Assembly: GCA_963850905.1 (NCBI GenBank)
Contig: CAWKMU010000003.1
Span: 2,144,001 to 2,208,000 of the forward strand
Source of the DNA: an uncultured Gemmatimonadales bacterium
GTDB lineage: Bacteria > Gemmatimonadota > Gemmatimonadetes > Gemmatimonadales > Gemmatimonadaceae
DNA length: 64,000 nt
Reading direction: 5' to 3'
Part shown: positions 10,152 through 20,005 of the stretch, one piece after another
How the letters are laid out: every line of letters begins with the position of its first letter
Numbering within the stretch: the first letter of the stretch is position 1
Program-made: the position numbers and the translations under genes
The notes under the pieces: generated by a model
What the model was told of the DNA's origin: nothing
The model's database searches: none
Seen by the model: the letters and a program-made list of their open reading frames with translations, nothing else

Positions 10152-10622
10152 ATGCGACCCACCATCTCAACCCTTTTGCTGCTCGCGTGCGCGGCCGCGG
10201 CCTCGGCACAGTCGCCCGCCGCCTCGCATCCTGCTTCGCAACCCGCCATCACGTGGGGGCCCGCACCCGCGATCTTCCCGGCCGGCGCACAGATGGCCGT
10301 CCTGGAAGGTGATCCCTCGAGTGCGTCACTCTTCACCGTCCGACTGCGGTTGCCCGACGGGTACAAGATCGCACCGCACACGCATCCGACGGATGAGAAC
10401 GTGACCGTGATCAGCGGCACGTTCCGCGTGGGCATGGGTACGACCTTCGATTCCAAGGGAATGATGACCTTGCAACCCGGCGGTTTCGTGACGGCACCCG
10501 CCAACCACGCGCACTTCGCAGTCGCGCAAGGGGCGACCATCGTGCAGGTTCATGCGATGGGACCATTCGCGCTGACCTACGTCAATCCCGCGGACAACCC
10601 ACAGGCGAGCGCTGCACGCTGA
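10152..10622 (+). CDS. Secreted cupin-domain protein (DUF4437-like)
   Basis: Signal peptide MRPTISTLLLLACAAAASA|Q; cupin motifs PHTHPTDE..VISG and PANHAH. Confidence 0.85.
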   Translation: MRPTISTLLLLACAAAASAQSPAASHPASQPAITWGPAPAIFPAGAQMAVLEGDPSSASLFTVRLRLPDGYKIAPHTHPTDENVTVISGTFRVGMGTTFDSKGMMTLQPGGFVTAPANHAHFAVAQGATIVQVHAMGPFALTYVNPADNPQASAAR

Positions 10623-10629
10623 CTCAGAC

Positions 10630-10655
10630 CCGACGCCTCCCCGCGGAGGCGTCGG
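10630..10655 (+). terminator. GC-rich hairpin after the cupin gene (terminator or mRNA stabiliser)
   Basis: CCGACGCCTCC-ccgc-GGAGGCGTCGG, 11-bp perfect stem, no U-tract. Confidence 0.55.
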
Positions 10656-10681
10656 CCCCTCGCAACCTGCACCCTCTTGTT

Positions 10682-11218
10682 ATGCGGAGCCGATCCATGA
10701 CTGGTAACACCACGATCCGAGAGGCGCTCGAGCGCAACGCGCGTGCGGTACAGCTCAAACCGTCAGTCGGTCAGGGGACGGCTGTCACCAAGATCCGACT
10801 GCACCCCGGACTTCGCTGCGACGTCGAGGAAGGGGCGTGGAAGTTCACGGTCGGGATGTCGGAGAAATACGCTGGGACGAATGCCGGCCCCAACCCCGGC
10901 GTGTACGGACGCGCTGCGGTGGGGTCGTGCCTTGCGGTCGGCTACGGCCTGTGGGCCGCTCGGCTGGGCGTGCAGATCGATGCACTCGACGTTGAGATCC
11001 AGGCTGACTACGATGCCCGCGGCGAGCTGGGCGTATCAGACGACGTGCGGCCCGGCTATCTGGCAATGCGGTACATCGTGACGGTCGAGAGTCCGGCGTC
11101 GGCCGAGGACATCATGCGGGTCCTCGATACGGCCGATCGCTACAGCTCCTGGCGTGACGACATCTCGAATGGCGTGCCCCTCACTCGAGAGGTACGGATC
11201 CCCGTGCGGGAGGCGTAA
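10682..11218 (+). CDS. OsmC/Ohr family protein
   Basis: GPNPG..AAVGSCLAVGY..AARLGV.IDALDVEIQADYDARG. Start may be ATG 10697. Confidence 0.85.
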   Translation: MRSRSMTGNTTIREALERNARAVQLKPSVGQGTAVTKIRLHPGLRCDVEEGAWKFTVGMSEKYAGTNAGPNPGVYGRAAVGSCLAVGYGLWAARLGVQIDALDVEIQADYDARGELGVSDDVRPGYLAMRYIVTVESPASAEDIMRVLDTADRYSSWRDDISNGVPLTREVRIPVREA

Positions 11219-11220
11219 CG

Positions 11221-12093
11221 ATGGACCCCCGGGTCCAGCGCCGCGTCCAGCGGTACGGGTGGGACAAAGCGGCAGGGAATTACGAACAGTACTGGGCCCG
11301 GCAACTCGAGTGTGGGCAAGACCGCATGTTGGCGTTGGCCGATCTTTGGCCGGGGGCGCGGGTGCTGGACGTCGCGTGCGGCACTGGCCTCGTGACGCTG
11401 CGCGCGGCCGCCGCAGTCGGCCCGATGGGGTGCGTCGTCGCAACCGATATTTCGCAGGCAATGGTGGATGCGGTGCGGGTGGCGGCTGCGGCGCGTGGCC
11501 TCACGCAGGTGACGGCGCAGCGGCAGGAGGCCGAGGAGCTCGACCTCGAGCACGACACCTTCGACGTCGCCCTGTGTGCCTTTGGGCTTATGTACGTCGT
11601 TGATCCCATCCAGGCGTTGAGTCGAATGCATGACGCCTTGCGGCCCGGTGGCCGCGTAGCCGTGGCCGTGTGGGGCGCCCGCGCGGAGTGTGGATGGGCA
11701 GAGATCTTTCCGATCGTCGACCGACGGGTCGCGTCGGATGTCTGTCCGCTGTTCTTTCAGCTGGGTACGGGCCATGCGCTTCGTAGCACCCTCGAGGCCG
11801 CCGCGTTCGTCGACATCGATGTTGCACGAATGAGGACCATGTTGTCCTACGAGTCCGACAGCGCGGCGTGCGGTGCGGCGTTCGCGGGTGGCCCTGTCGC
11901 CCTGGCCTATTCACGGTTCGACGAAGCGACCCGTCGCGAGGTGCACGGGGAGTATCTCGAATCGATTGCGGACCATCGGCGTGGCTCGGGCTACGAGATC
12001 CCGGGGGAATTCGTCATCGCGCACGCCGTTCGCGAACCGGTGCCGCGCGTCAGCGTCCGTCCCGTTATGACCGGTCCCGGAAAGGTGCGGTGA
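11221..12093 (+). CDS. Class I SAM-dependent methyltransferase (UbiE-like)
   Basis: VLDVACGTG, TDISQAM, FDVALCAFGLM, LRPGGR. Confidence 0.9.
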   Translation: MDPRVQRRVQRYGWDKAAGNYEQYWARQLECGQDRMLALADLWPGARVLDVACGTGLVTLRAAAAVGPMGCVVATDISQAMVDAVRVAAAARGLTQVTAQRQEAEELDLEHDTFDVALCAFGLMYVVDPIQALSRMHDALRPGGRVAVAVWGARAECGWAEIFPIVDRRVASDVCPLFFQLGTGHALRSTLEAAAFVDIDVARMRTMLSYESDSAACGAAFAGGPVALAYSRFDEATRREVHGEYLESIADHRRGSGYEIPGEFVIAHAVREPVPRVSVRPVMTGPGKVR

Positions 12094-12110
12094 GGTGCTC
12101 CGGGCGTCGA

Positions 12111-12144
12111 GAGGGCCAGTGGCGCCGATCCGCCACTGGCCCTC
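12111..12144. terminator. Hairpin between convergent genes
   Basis: GAGGGCCAGTGGCG-ccgatc-CGCCACTGGCCCTC, 14-bp perfect stem. Confidence 0.7.
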
Positions 12145-12184
12145 GCGTTGTCGCCCGCCTATGAGGCCGGAGACCCGGCTCGTG

Positions 12185-12971
12185 CTACTTCTGCTTTGCC
12201 GTATGAAGCGCGAAGAATGCTCCCTGCGGGTCCACCGCCATGACGATGCGTCCGCCGGGCACTTCCATCGGGCCGTTGAGGACTTTCCCGCCGAGCTGCG
12301 CGATGCGCTTCGCTGCGTCCTCGACATTCGGAATGTCGATGTACGCGAGCCACGCGGGCGGCCCCTGCTTGGGATCGCCCTTGTACATGCCACCGAACGT
12401 TTGCCCACCGAGCCCGTACATCTGATACACGTTCCCGGGGCCCATTTCCATTGAATCCGTCTTCTCCCACCCAAACACCTTGCGGTAGAAGTCGAGCGCG
12501 GCTGACGCATCAGTAGTCGCGAGCTCGTACCAGCACGGTTCCCCGTTTTGCGGCTGTCCCTCTCGGGGAGCGTTGTCGCCCTGCGGCGCGAGCAACGCCA
12601 GTGCTGCGCCCTGCGGATCCTTAAACACGCCGAATCGACCGACGTCGGGGATTTCCGTCCCCGGCACGAGCACCTGCCCTCCGAGGGCAGTGACCTGCTT
12701 CAGCGTCGCATCGACGTCTGGCGTCGACACGTAGGCAATCCAATTGGGCGGGACACCGCGGGCCTTCATGTCGGGCGTGATCTCCATCACTCCGCCGATC
12801 GGACCGCGAGCGCCATTCCACATTGTGTACGGCATCTCGACCAGCCCACGGCGTCGTCGTCCAGCCAACCACCTTCGTGTAAAACTTGATTGCCGCATCG
12901 GGATCGGTCGTCGTGAGCTCGAGCCAGACAAATCGCCCTGTAGCAACAGGGGCTGAGACGGGTGCGGCCAT
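12185..12971 (-). CDS. VOC family two-domain glyoxalase/bleomycin-resistance-like protein (one frameshift near 12840)
   Basis: GRFVWLELTTTDPDAAIKFYTKVVGW then, after a frame change, PPNWIAYV..DPQGA and second domain WYELATTD..FYRKVFGW..DPQGAFF. SD GGAGG upstream. Confidence 0.88.
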
Positions 12972-13241
12972 TCCATCCTCCGCGCAATGAGTGAGGGTCG
13001 CAGCCTATCGCGGCGCTCGACGGAATGCAACGGCCCCCGCGCAACCGTGACAGCACATCCGTAGGAACCGCGCTGGGGCTCGCGGGCTATGGAGTTCGCG
13101 CGCCCTCGCTGCGCGCTGCGGCGTCAACGGATCATCACCTCGCGACCGTCACTCACCCCGATCCGTATGTCGTTGACCCCACATCCCTTCGCCCCTCTCA
13201 CCCGCAGTTCTACCCTTCGCGGAGAAAGAATTGGCCATCTA

Positions 13242-13269
13242 CATGAGGCAGCTAGCATGAGGCAGCTAT
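13242..13269 (+). repeat. 14-bp tandem duplication at a translation start
   Basis: CATGAGGCAGCTAG CATGAGGCAGCTAT. Confidence 0.75.
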
Positions 13270-13865
13270 CAATGAATCGCGAACCGTGGACTCGAATCGA
13301 GCGCAAGGGCGTACGTAGGGGAACGGCTCTGCTCGCTGCGTTCATCGCATTCCCGTGGTCCGCGAGCATGGCGACATCTCGTCCGGCGTCCGACACGATC
13401 CCCAAGGGCGCGGCAGTCTACGTCCTGGTACCGGACTCCAGTGACAACATCCCCAAGGCCATCGATCACGTCGTCTCGCACATGAATTTCATCGTGCGAG
13501 GGATCGCGCGAGGTCGGCTAACCAAGATCAATCCGACTCCACACCGGGTGCGCGTCGACCTCGAAACCGACACTGTGTCCGTCGCGTTCGACGCGGGCAA
13601 TCCCGTGGTCACGCCGTTGAACGGCGATACGGTTGCGTGGCGAAATCCCTTGACCGGTGAGACGAACCATGCCCACGTCGCCGTCGCGGGCGATACGGTG
13701 CGGCAGACCATTGTCGCACCGGATGGGGAGCGAGAGAATGCGCTGATTTTTTCCGATGATGGGTCGCATGTTCGGCTGCGCGTCACCGTGACGAGTCACC
13801 GATTGCCCCGCCCGTTGATCTACGAGTTGCTCTTCCGCGCGAGTGACTCGACCGGCACCGGTTGA
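13257..13865 (+). CDS. Hypothetical secreted protein
   Basis: Signal-like segment RRGTALLAAFIAFPWSASMA followed by a beta-rich globular sequence. Start 13257 or 13272. No family recognised. Confidence 0.65.
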   Translation: MRQLSMNREPWTRIERKGVRRGTALLAAFIAFPWSASMATSRPASDTIPKGAAVYVLVPDSSDNIPKAIDHVVSHMNFIVRGIARGRLTKINPTPHRVRVDLETDTVSVAFDAGNPVVTPLNGDTVAWRNPLTGETNHAHVAVAGDTVRQTIVAPDGERENALIFSDDGSHVRLRVTVTSHRLPRPLIYELLFRASDSTGTG

Positions 13866-14032
13866 CGTCCCACAGACGGACACTGCACGGTGCGGCGCGC
13901 CTGCGCCGCACCAGCACGGCTTGCAGCGGCGCTTCGGTGAGGTGTGTGGGTTTTGCAAAATTGGATCGCCTTCCACCAACACGCTCGTAGTGACAGGTGT
14001 CGCACCTGCACGTCAGTCGCACCCGTCCGTGA

Positions 14033-14503
14033 GTGGGAGGCCATATGCATCCGACGCGAGAGCGCGGTACCGTGCGCCGCGCGCACATCAGGGATGTCAC
14101 GAGGAGAGCGCAGTGGGTTCAGAGGGCAGCGGTCATCGTATCGACAGCGACGCTCGCGGCTTGCGCGTCGGCGTCGGTCCGGCCAGATAATTCGGGGGGA
14201 GTCACGACTCCAGCTCAGGTGCTCGTGCGCAACGACGCCTCGGCCGACGTGACGGTGTTCGCGTATCGCGGAGATCAGCGCGTGCGAATCGGCCAGGTGA
14301 CGGCGCATGGAACAGCGCTGGTGACGGTGCCCACAGGGATGATGAACCCCGGCCGCGTCCAGCTGATGCTGCACAAGATCACCGGCGGCGACTTTGTCGC
14401 CGACGAGGTGACAATCAACTCCGGTGAGGAGCATGCGGAGTTGCACGTGTTCGATGTGCTGGATGAGTCAGCGCTCACGGTCGCGCCAGGTCGGATGCAC
14501 TGA
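14033..14503 (+). CDS. Hypothetical small lipoprotein
   Basis: Lipobox-like TLAAC and a beta-rich domain (VLVRNDASADVTVFAYRG..RIGQV). True start probably downstream of 14033. Confidence 0.6.
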   Translation: MGGHMHPTRERGTVRRAHIRDVTRRAQWVQRAAVIVSTATLAACASASVRPDNSGGVTTPAQVLVRNDASADVTVFAYRGDQRVRIGQVTAHGTALVTVPTGMMNPGRVQLMLHKITGGDFVADEVTINSGEEHAELHVFDVLDESALTVAPGRMH

Positions 14504-14672
14504 TGCACACGCCCTGGGTGGTGGTCTGCCAGTCACCGACCTCGTGCAACTGCGGGACGAGCCTGTGTGTCAAGAATGACATGGAGCCGCGCAGCGCAGC
14601 GGATCGCCTGACGCGCCGCGTGGCCCCATCCCAAGACGGCCAGTTCTTTCAAACCAGCTGCGTGGCTCGCCG

Positions 14673-15359
14673 ATGGGTGACCCTCTGACGCGAATCCTGG
14701 TTGTCAACGATGACATTGGGTTGCCATCGAGTCTCGCCGACAACCTGCGACTCGAGAGTTACGAAGTCCGTCTCGCCTCGGGGGAAGGCGGACTTGCGAC
14801 CGCACTCGCGTGGCCTGCCGACCTGGTGGTCCTCGACCTCGTGCGGCGAACGGCGAACGGATCCGACCTGCTCTACGCGCTGCGCGAGCGCGGGTGCCAT
14901 GTGCCAGTCCTCGTCCTGAGTCAGGGGAACCTCGCATCGCAGGACATCGAAGGACCGCGGCTCCAGGGCGTGCAGCACGTGACCGGTCCACTCAGTGTGC
15001 TCGAGCTCATCGAGCCGGTCCGCGCGCTGCTCGACCGAGGAGGCACCCGAAACGGGAATGGCATGATCCGATTCGGGTCCGTCGTCGTGGACCCCGGAGC
15101 GCATACCGTGACGCGCCGCGGACAACACTGCTCGCTCACGCCGAAGGCGTTCGCACTACTCGTCGCACTGGCCCGCCGCCATGGCGAGGTGGCCTCGCGC
15201 ACCGAGTTACTGCGCGAAGTGTGGGGATACGGGCCACACGTACTGACGCGCACCGTCGATTCGCACGTGGCAGAGCTTCGGCGCAAGCTGGAAGACGACC
15301 CTTCGAGGCCGCGGCACGTCGTCACCGTGTGGGCCGTCGGATACCGGTTCGTGGCGTAG
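14673..15359 (+). CDS. OmpR/PhoB family response regulator with degenerate receiver domain
   Basis: Winged helix LTPKAFALL..SRTELLREVWG..TRTVDSHVAELRRKLE..VGYRF. Receiver ILVVNDD, VVLDL, but VTGP instead of KP. Confidence 0.88.
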   Translation: MGDPLTRILVVNDDIGLPSSLADNLRLESYEVRLASGEGGLATALAWPADLVVLDLVRRTANGSDLLYALRERGCHVPVLVLSQGNLASQDIEGPRLQGVQHVTGPLSVLELIEPVRALLDRGGTRNGNGMIRFGSVVVDPGAHTVTRRGQHCSLTPKAFALLVALARRHGEVASRTELLREVWGYGPHVLTRTVDSHVAELRRKLEDDPSRPRHVVTVWAVGYRFVA

Positions 15360-15408
15360 TCACTCGCGCCGGCCTCCGTCGCTCGGCATCACAGACGGCA
15401 CCGCTCCG

Positions 15409-15960
15409 CTATTCGCTCGGCGACTCCGCCAACCGCTTGAAGTAGATGATGGTCGCGACCAGGCCACCGTGCGGTTTGAGCGCGTAGTCCGGGATCGCGC
15501 CCACCCTGCAATACCCGAGCTGTTCGTAGAACCCCGCCGCCCCGTCCTCCGCCGCCGTATCGAGCGTGACCAGCGTGCGACCGCGTCGCACCGCGATCCG
15601 CTCGGCTTCCTGCACGAGGGCCCGACCGACGCCGCGGCCACGTGCGCTCGGCTGCGTCATCAGCTTCGCGATTTCCGCGCGATGCGGCTGATTCTCTGGG
15701 CAGTCGAGCAGCAGGGTGACGGTGCCCACTAGACCGCCCGCCGATCGAGCGCCGAGCACGACGCGTTCGCCGCGGTCCGCAGCAGCGAGTGAATGCTCCC
15801 AGAACGCCCGTGCACGGTCAGTCGCCAGGGGATGCATGAAACTGACCGACCCGCCGGCGGCCACCGTGTGGACGAGAATGTCGGCCAGGGCGGCGACGTC
15901 CTGGGGTGTTCGAGACAGGGCGACGATCTCTCCCTCATACATCAGTGTTCGCTTCATCAC
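15409..15960 (-). CDS. GNAT N-acetyltransferase
   Basis: GGSVSFMHPL, NQPHRAEIAKLM, RGRGVGRAL, FYEQLGY..GAIPDYA. Confidence 0.9.
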   Translation of the reverse strand: MMKRTLMYEGEIVALSRTPQDVAALADILVHTVAAGGSVSFMHPLATDRARAFWEHSLAAADRGERVVLGARSAGGLVGTVTLLLDCPENQPHRAEIAKLMTQPSARGRGVGRALVQEAERIAVRRGRTLVTLDTAAEDGAAGFYEQLGYCRVGAIPDYALKPHGGLVATIIYFKRLAESPSE

Positions 15961-16103
15961 CCGCGACCGACGAAAGGGGCCGTCAGCTCATCCGCTCCCA
16001 GCGTCATCATCTAGACACACACGCTGCTGCGGTCAAGCGACGGTGGCCAACGGGGGAACCCGACTCCCGTCGGCCGGTATGTCATATGCGAATGCTGGCA
16101 ACC

Positions 16104-17487
16104 ATGAAGCGCACCGTCCTCGTGGGGATCCTGCTCGTCGGAAGCGGATGCTCCCAGGCATCCAGGGAAACCAGCGGACTGCGCTCGACGACGGGGCGCG
16201 ATCTGCGCCTCATCAAGCACGTGATCGTGATCATGCAGGAGAACCGGTCCTTCGACCACTACTTCGGGACGTACCCGGGTGCTGATGGCATCCCAATGCA
16301 GGATGGCGTGCCCGCCGTTTGCGTGCCGGATCCGCGAACCGACCGTTGCGTCAAGCCCTTCCACGACTCTGCGGACGTGAATGGTGGCGGACCCCACAAC
16401 GCCGGCGATGCGGTGAATGACATCGACGGCGGCCGGATGGATGGTTTCATCAGGCAAGCGGAGGCCGCTCAGCGTACGTGCGTCAATCCGAACAATCCCT
16501 CGTGTGCGGCCGGCAAGTCGACGGACGTCATGGGCTACCACGACAGTCGAGAAATTCCGAATTACTGGGCTTATGCGCACAATTTTGTGCTTCAGGACCA
16601 GATGTTCGAGCCAAACGCATCCTGGAGCTTGCCCGCCCATTTGTTCATGGTGTCGGAATGGTCCGCGCGGTGCGCCATCCTGAACGATCCTGCGAGCTGT
16701 GTCAACTCGCTGCAGGATCCTCGTGGCAGCGACTCCCGACCCCAGCCCGGATCCTACGCGTGGACAGATCTGACCTACCTGCTGCACCGTGCCGGCGTGA
16801 GCTGGAAGTACTACGTCGCCGAAGGCGCGCAACCCGATTGCGACGATGATGCGATGACATGCCACGAGAAACCCCAGACCGTCGGCACGCCCAGCATTCT
16901 GGAATCCACTGCCATACTTCACGACCGTGCAACGAGACGGGCAGTTGGACAACGTCCAGACGGCCGACCACTTCTTCATCGATTTGGGCGACGACAGCCT
17001 GCCCGCAGTCAGTTGGATCGTGCCAAACGAGGCGTCGAGTGAGCATCCGCCGGCCAGGGTGAGCACCGGCGAAGCGTACGTTACAAGCCTCATCAATGCC
17101 GTCATGGAGAGCTCGTCGTGGCGCTCGACCGCCATTTTCCTCGCCTGGGATGACTGGGGCGGGTTCTACGACCACGTCGTGCCGCCAAGCGTCGATGCCA
17201 ACGGCTACGGCCTTCGCGTCCCCGGCCTCGTGATCAGTCCCTATGCGAGGCATGGGTATATCGATCATCAAACGCTGAGCTTTGACGCGTACGTCAAGTT
17301 CATCGAGGATGTATTCCTGAGCGGCGAGCGCATCGATCCCGTGACCGACGGCCGCTGGGACCCCCGTCCGACGGTTCGGGAGACCGTGCCCATCCTGGGC
17401 GACCTGCGCAGCGATTTTGACTTTTCCCAATCACCGCGGGCCCCATTGGTGCTGCGCGCCCCGACTCCACTTCCCTCGAGCGAATGA
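16104..17487 (+). CDS. Phosphoesterase / non-specific phospholipase C family, exported (one frameshift near 16898)
   Basis: [27 protein letters not shown]; after the frame change [37 protein letters not shown]. Confidence 0.9.
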
Positions 17488-17559
17488 CCCCCCTCCCTAT
17501 ACGCCTGCGCCAAACCGCATAGGACGGGGGGCCGTGCGACCGAGCCGGCTGGATCCGCG

Positions 17560-18288
17560 CTACTTCGAGCCTTTGGAGACGGCACCAGCCACAGCCGTCG
17601 CAGCTTTCTCGACGAGCGGAGTGAGCAGATCCTCGCCAGTCGACTCGGCCTTTTTCTTGTTCGTGCTGTTGACCAGCACCTTCCCGTCGCCCGATTCGAG
17701 GCGCGCAGTGAGCGTCAACTCATCGTTGGGCTTGGTGACGCTCCCGTAGTTGGTCGCTGCGGCGCCCGCGGCGCCTCCGGCCGCGTTGATGCCGATCTGC
17801 CCCGCGGTGTTACTAGTGACGCCGCCGGCCGCATATGCGCCCTGCTGAATGGCGCCTCCGGCCACTCGACTCAGCAGGCTGCTGCCCCCACTGCCGCTGC
17901 TGTGGACCTGCTTCACCGACGTGAACAGGACAAACGGACAGTTGCTGGCCTTCGCCTCCTGGCGTGCCTGGTCTTGCAGCCGCGCGGTGAGGGGTGCCAC
18001 CTCGAGCGTCGGCCCCGTCAGGTAGCTCGTGAAGGTCTCGCGCACTGCCGTCATCGCATCCGTGGCCGACCCGGTCGCCGTTTCCACGCTCGCCGGGGCG
18101 AGGCAGATATGCGCCTTCCCAGGAGTAGCGGCAGGTGCGGCGGCTGCTGGGGCGACCGCGCCGGCGGCGGTCGCAGGGGTCGTCGCGGTCCCGCCTGCAG
18201 GAGCAGCCGGAGCAGGCGCTGCCTGCGCCGCGAGGCGCAGCGACGACACGGCGGCCACCAAAAGGGGGGCGATGAGGCGAGCGTTCAT
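17560..18288 (-). CDS. Hypothetical secreted protein with Ala/Pro-rich linker and Gly/Ala-rich segment
   Basis: Signal peptide MNARLIAPLLVAAVSSLRLAA|Q, typical GC-rich coding pattern, no family recognised. Confidence 0.75.
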   Translation of the reverse strand: MNARLIAPLLVAAVSSLRLAAQAAPAPAAPAGGTATTPATAAGAVAPAAAAPAATPGKAHICLAPASVETATGSATDAMTAVRETFTSYLTGPTLEVAPLTARLQDQARQEAKASNCPFVLFTSVKQVHSSGSGGSSLLSRVAGGAIQQGAYAAGGVTSNTAGQIGINAAGGAAGAAATNYGSVTKPNDELTLTARLESGDGKVLVNSTNKKKAESTGEDLLTPLVEKAATAVAGAVSKGSK

Positions 18289-18463
18289 ACGGTCCTCGGC
18301 GCAAGAGGTCAGAGCGTACAGCACCCGAGGGAATATCTCGGTTGTAGTGGACACTACACGCGTGGTGATCGGCCGTCCAATACTTTGCCTGAACTGAGGC
18401 GATAGGCGGCGACTATGGCCATCCCTGGCACCCGTCCGCCGGGACGCGTCGAGGCGGCTGCTC

Positions 18464-19933
18464 CTAGCGCGCGCCCGCAGTGACGGCGCGATCGTCCGCT
18501 TCGACCGAGGCGCCCGCAGGCGAGGGAAGCGGCAGCACGAGTCGGATCTGGGCCCCTCGGGCCGATTGCGGCTCGACCGTCACGGAACCGCCGAACGCAG
18601 TGACGGTTTCCCGCACGATCCACAACCCCAGGCCGGTTCCCTTGCCAGGAGGCTTGGTCGTGAAGAATCGCTCGAATGCGCGAGCGCTCGATTCGCTGGT
18701 AAACCCCGGTCCGCTATCCGCGACCAGGAGCGACAGGCTGTCCGCGCCACCGGAGACCACCAGGCGTAGGGCCTTGTCGTCGGCCTGTCCCTCCATCGCC
18801 TGAACGGCGTTCACGATGAGATTGAGCACCGCCCGTTCGAGCGCGGCGGCGGAGCCGCGCAACAGGGGGATCTCGCGACCGGCGACGTCAATCGCCGTGC
18901 TGACCGTGACGTGCTGATCCCTGAGCAGGGGACTGGCCGCCGTCAACGCCGTGGCGACGACGTCGGGCAGGGATACCAGACCCGCGACGTCATCCATTGT
19001 CGTGGACCGCGTCACCCGCAGCAGGTCCTCGACGAAGCCATTTGCCCGACGAGCCTGACTGAAGATGCGCTCAACGTCCTCTCGCTGATCGCTGTCCAGC
19101 TTCGTGCGCAGCAAGAGCTGCGCTTGCAGGTTGATGGTCGTGAGCGGGTTTCGCACTTCATGAACGGCGGCGGCGGCGATCGTCCCGATCGCGGACAGCT
19201 TGTCCGCTTCCTGGAGCCGATCGGAGAGCTCGCGCTCTTCGGCGGCGCGGCGCACCTGCGCCGCCAATGCCCGCCGAAGGATGCCCGCGTGCCAGACCGT
19301 CGCGTAGGTCGAGATAGTGCCGACTGTCAGCAGCAGAAGCACCTTGGTTGCTTCGTCGAGTAGGGACGCCGTGTCTACCGTCGCCACGTCGAGCGGGCTG
19401 CTCACGACGCGGAGTCCGCCCCCGAGCAGGAAGGCTGCGGAGAGCACGGCGTACGCGACCGTGGCGAACGCGGTCGTCACCGCTGCGGCGCGCGCCGACC
19501 CGGTGAGTGGACGACTCGCCAGGACGGCGAAGTAGACGAGAAAGATCGGGGCGTGGATCGCGAGACCGGGTGATCCGAACACGCCATACCCGGCCTGCAA
19601 CAGAGTGATCGCCACCACGTCGACCGCGGGGTTGATCCAGGCGAAGTCGGGGCGGTAGCCCTCGGGGCTCCGCAGGCGCCAGCCCTGCCAGACCGTCCAG
19701 CCGAGCACGGGCAGAAGCACCAAGATGTTCAGGCGGACCAGAGCCGACGTGAGGCGGGGAGCGTATACAACCGCGGCCACCGCCAGCAGGACGACGACGG
19801 CTCCGCGGATCCGATTGACCAGTGCCTCGGCGCGAGCTTGTTCGCCCACTATCAGCGCCGCCACCTCCCTTTCGGGATCAGGCGCGATCGGCAGCAACAC
19901 CTGAGTGGAGCGCCTTGGCGGCGTGTCGGTCAC
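18464..19933 (-). CDS. Membrane sensor histidine kinase (NtrB-like HisKA + HATPase)
   Basis: Several N-terminal TM helices; H-box HEVRNPL, N-box NLIVNA, DSGPG, FFTTKPPGKGTGLGL. Confidence 0.92.
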   Translation of the reverse strand: MTDTPPRRSTQVLLPIAPDPEREVAALIVGEQARAEALVNRIRGAVVVLLAVAAVVYAPRLTSALVRLNILVLLPVLGWTVWQGWRLRSPEGYRPDFAWINPAVDVVAITLLQAGYGVFGSPGLAIHAPIFLVYFAVLASRPLTGSARAAAVTTAFATVAYAVLSAAFLLGGGLRVVSSPLDVATVDTASLLDEATKVLLLLTVGTISTYATVWHAGILRRALAAQVRRAAEERELSDRLQEADKLSAIGTIAAAAVHEVRNPLTTINLQAQLLLRTKLDSDQREDVERIFSQARRANGFVEDLLRVTRSTTMDDVAGLVSLPDVVATALTAASPLLRDQHVTVSTAIDVAGREIPLLRGSAAALERAVLNLIVNAVQAMEGQADDKALRLVVSGGADSLSLLVADSGPGFTSESSARAFERFFTTKPPGKGTGLGLWIVRETVTAFGGSVTVEPQSARGAQIRLVLPLPSPAGASVEADDRAVTAGAR

Positions 19934-20005
19934 GGTACTCCGACGGGCGCGTCGGCGGATTTGTAACCGGGTCGCCTTTGCGTCGGAGGGGACGAGGGCT
20001 TAGCG

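Noticed and set aside
13029..13052. ECF41/42-like promoter upstream of the VOC gene (TGTCAC..CGTT, minus strand)
   Set aside because: Spacer is 14 nt and the match is imperfect.
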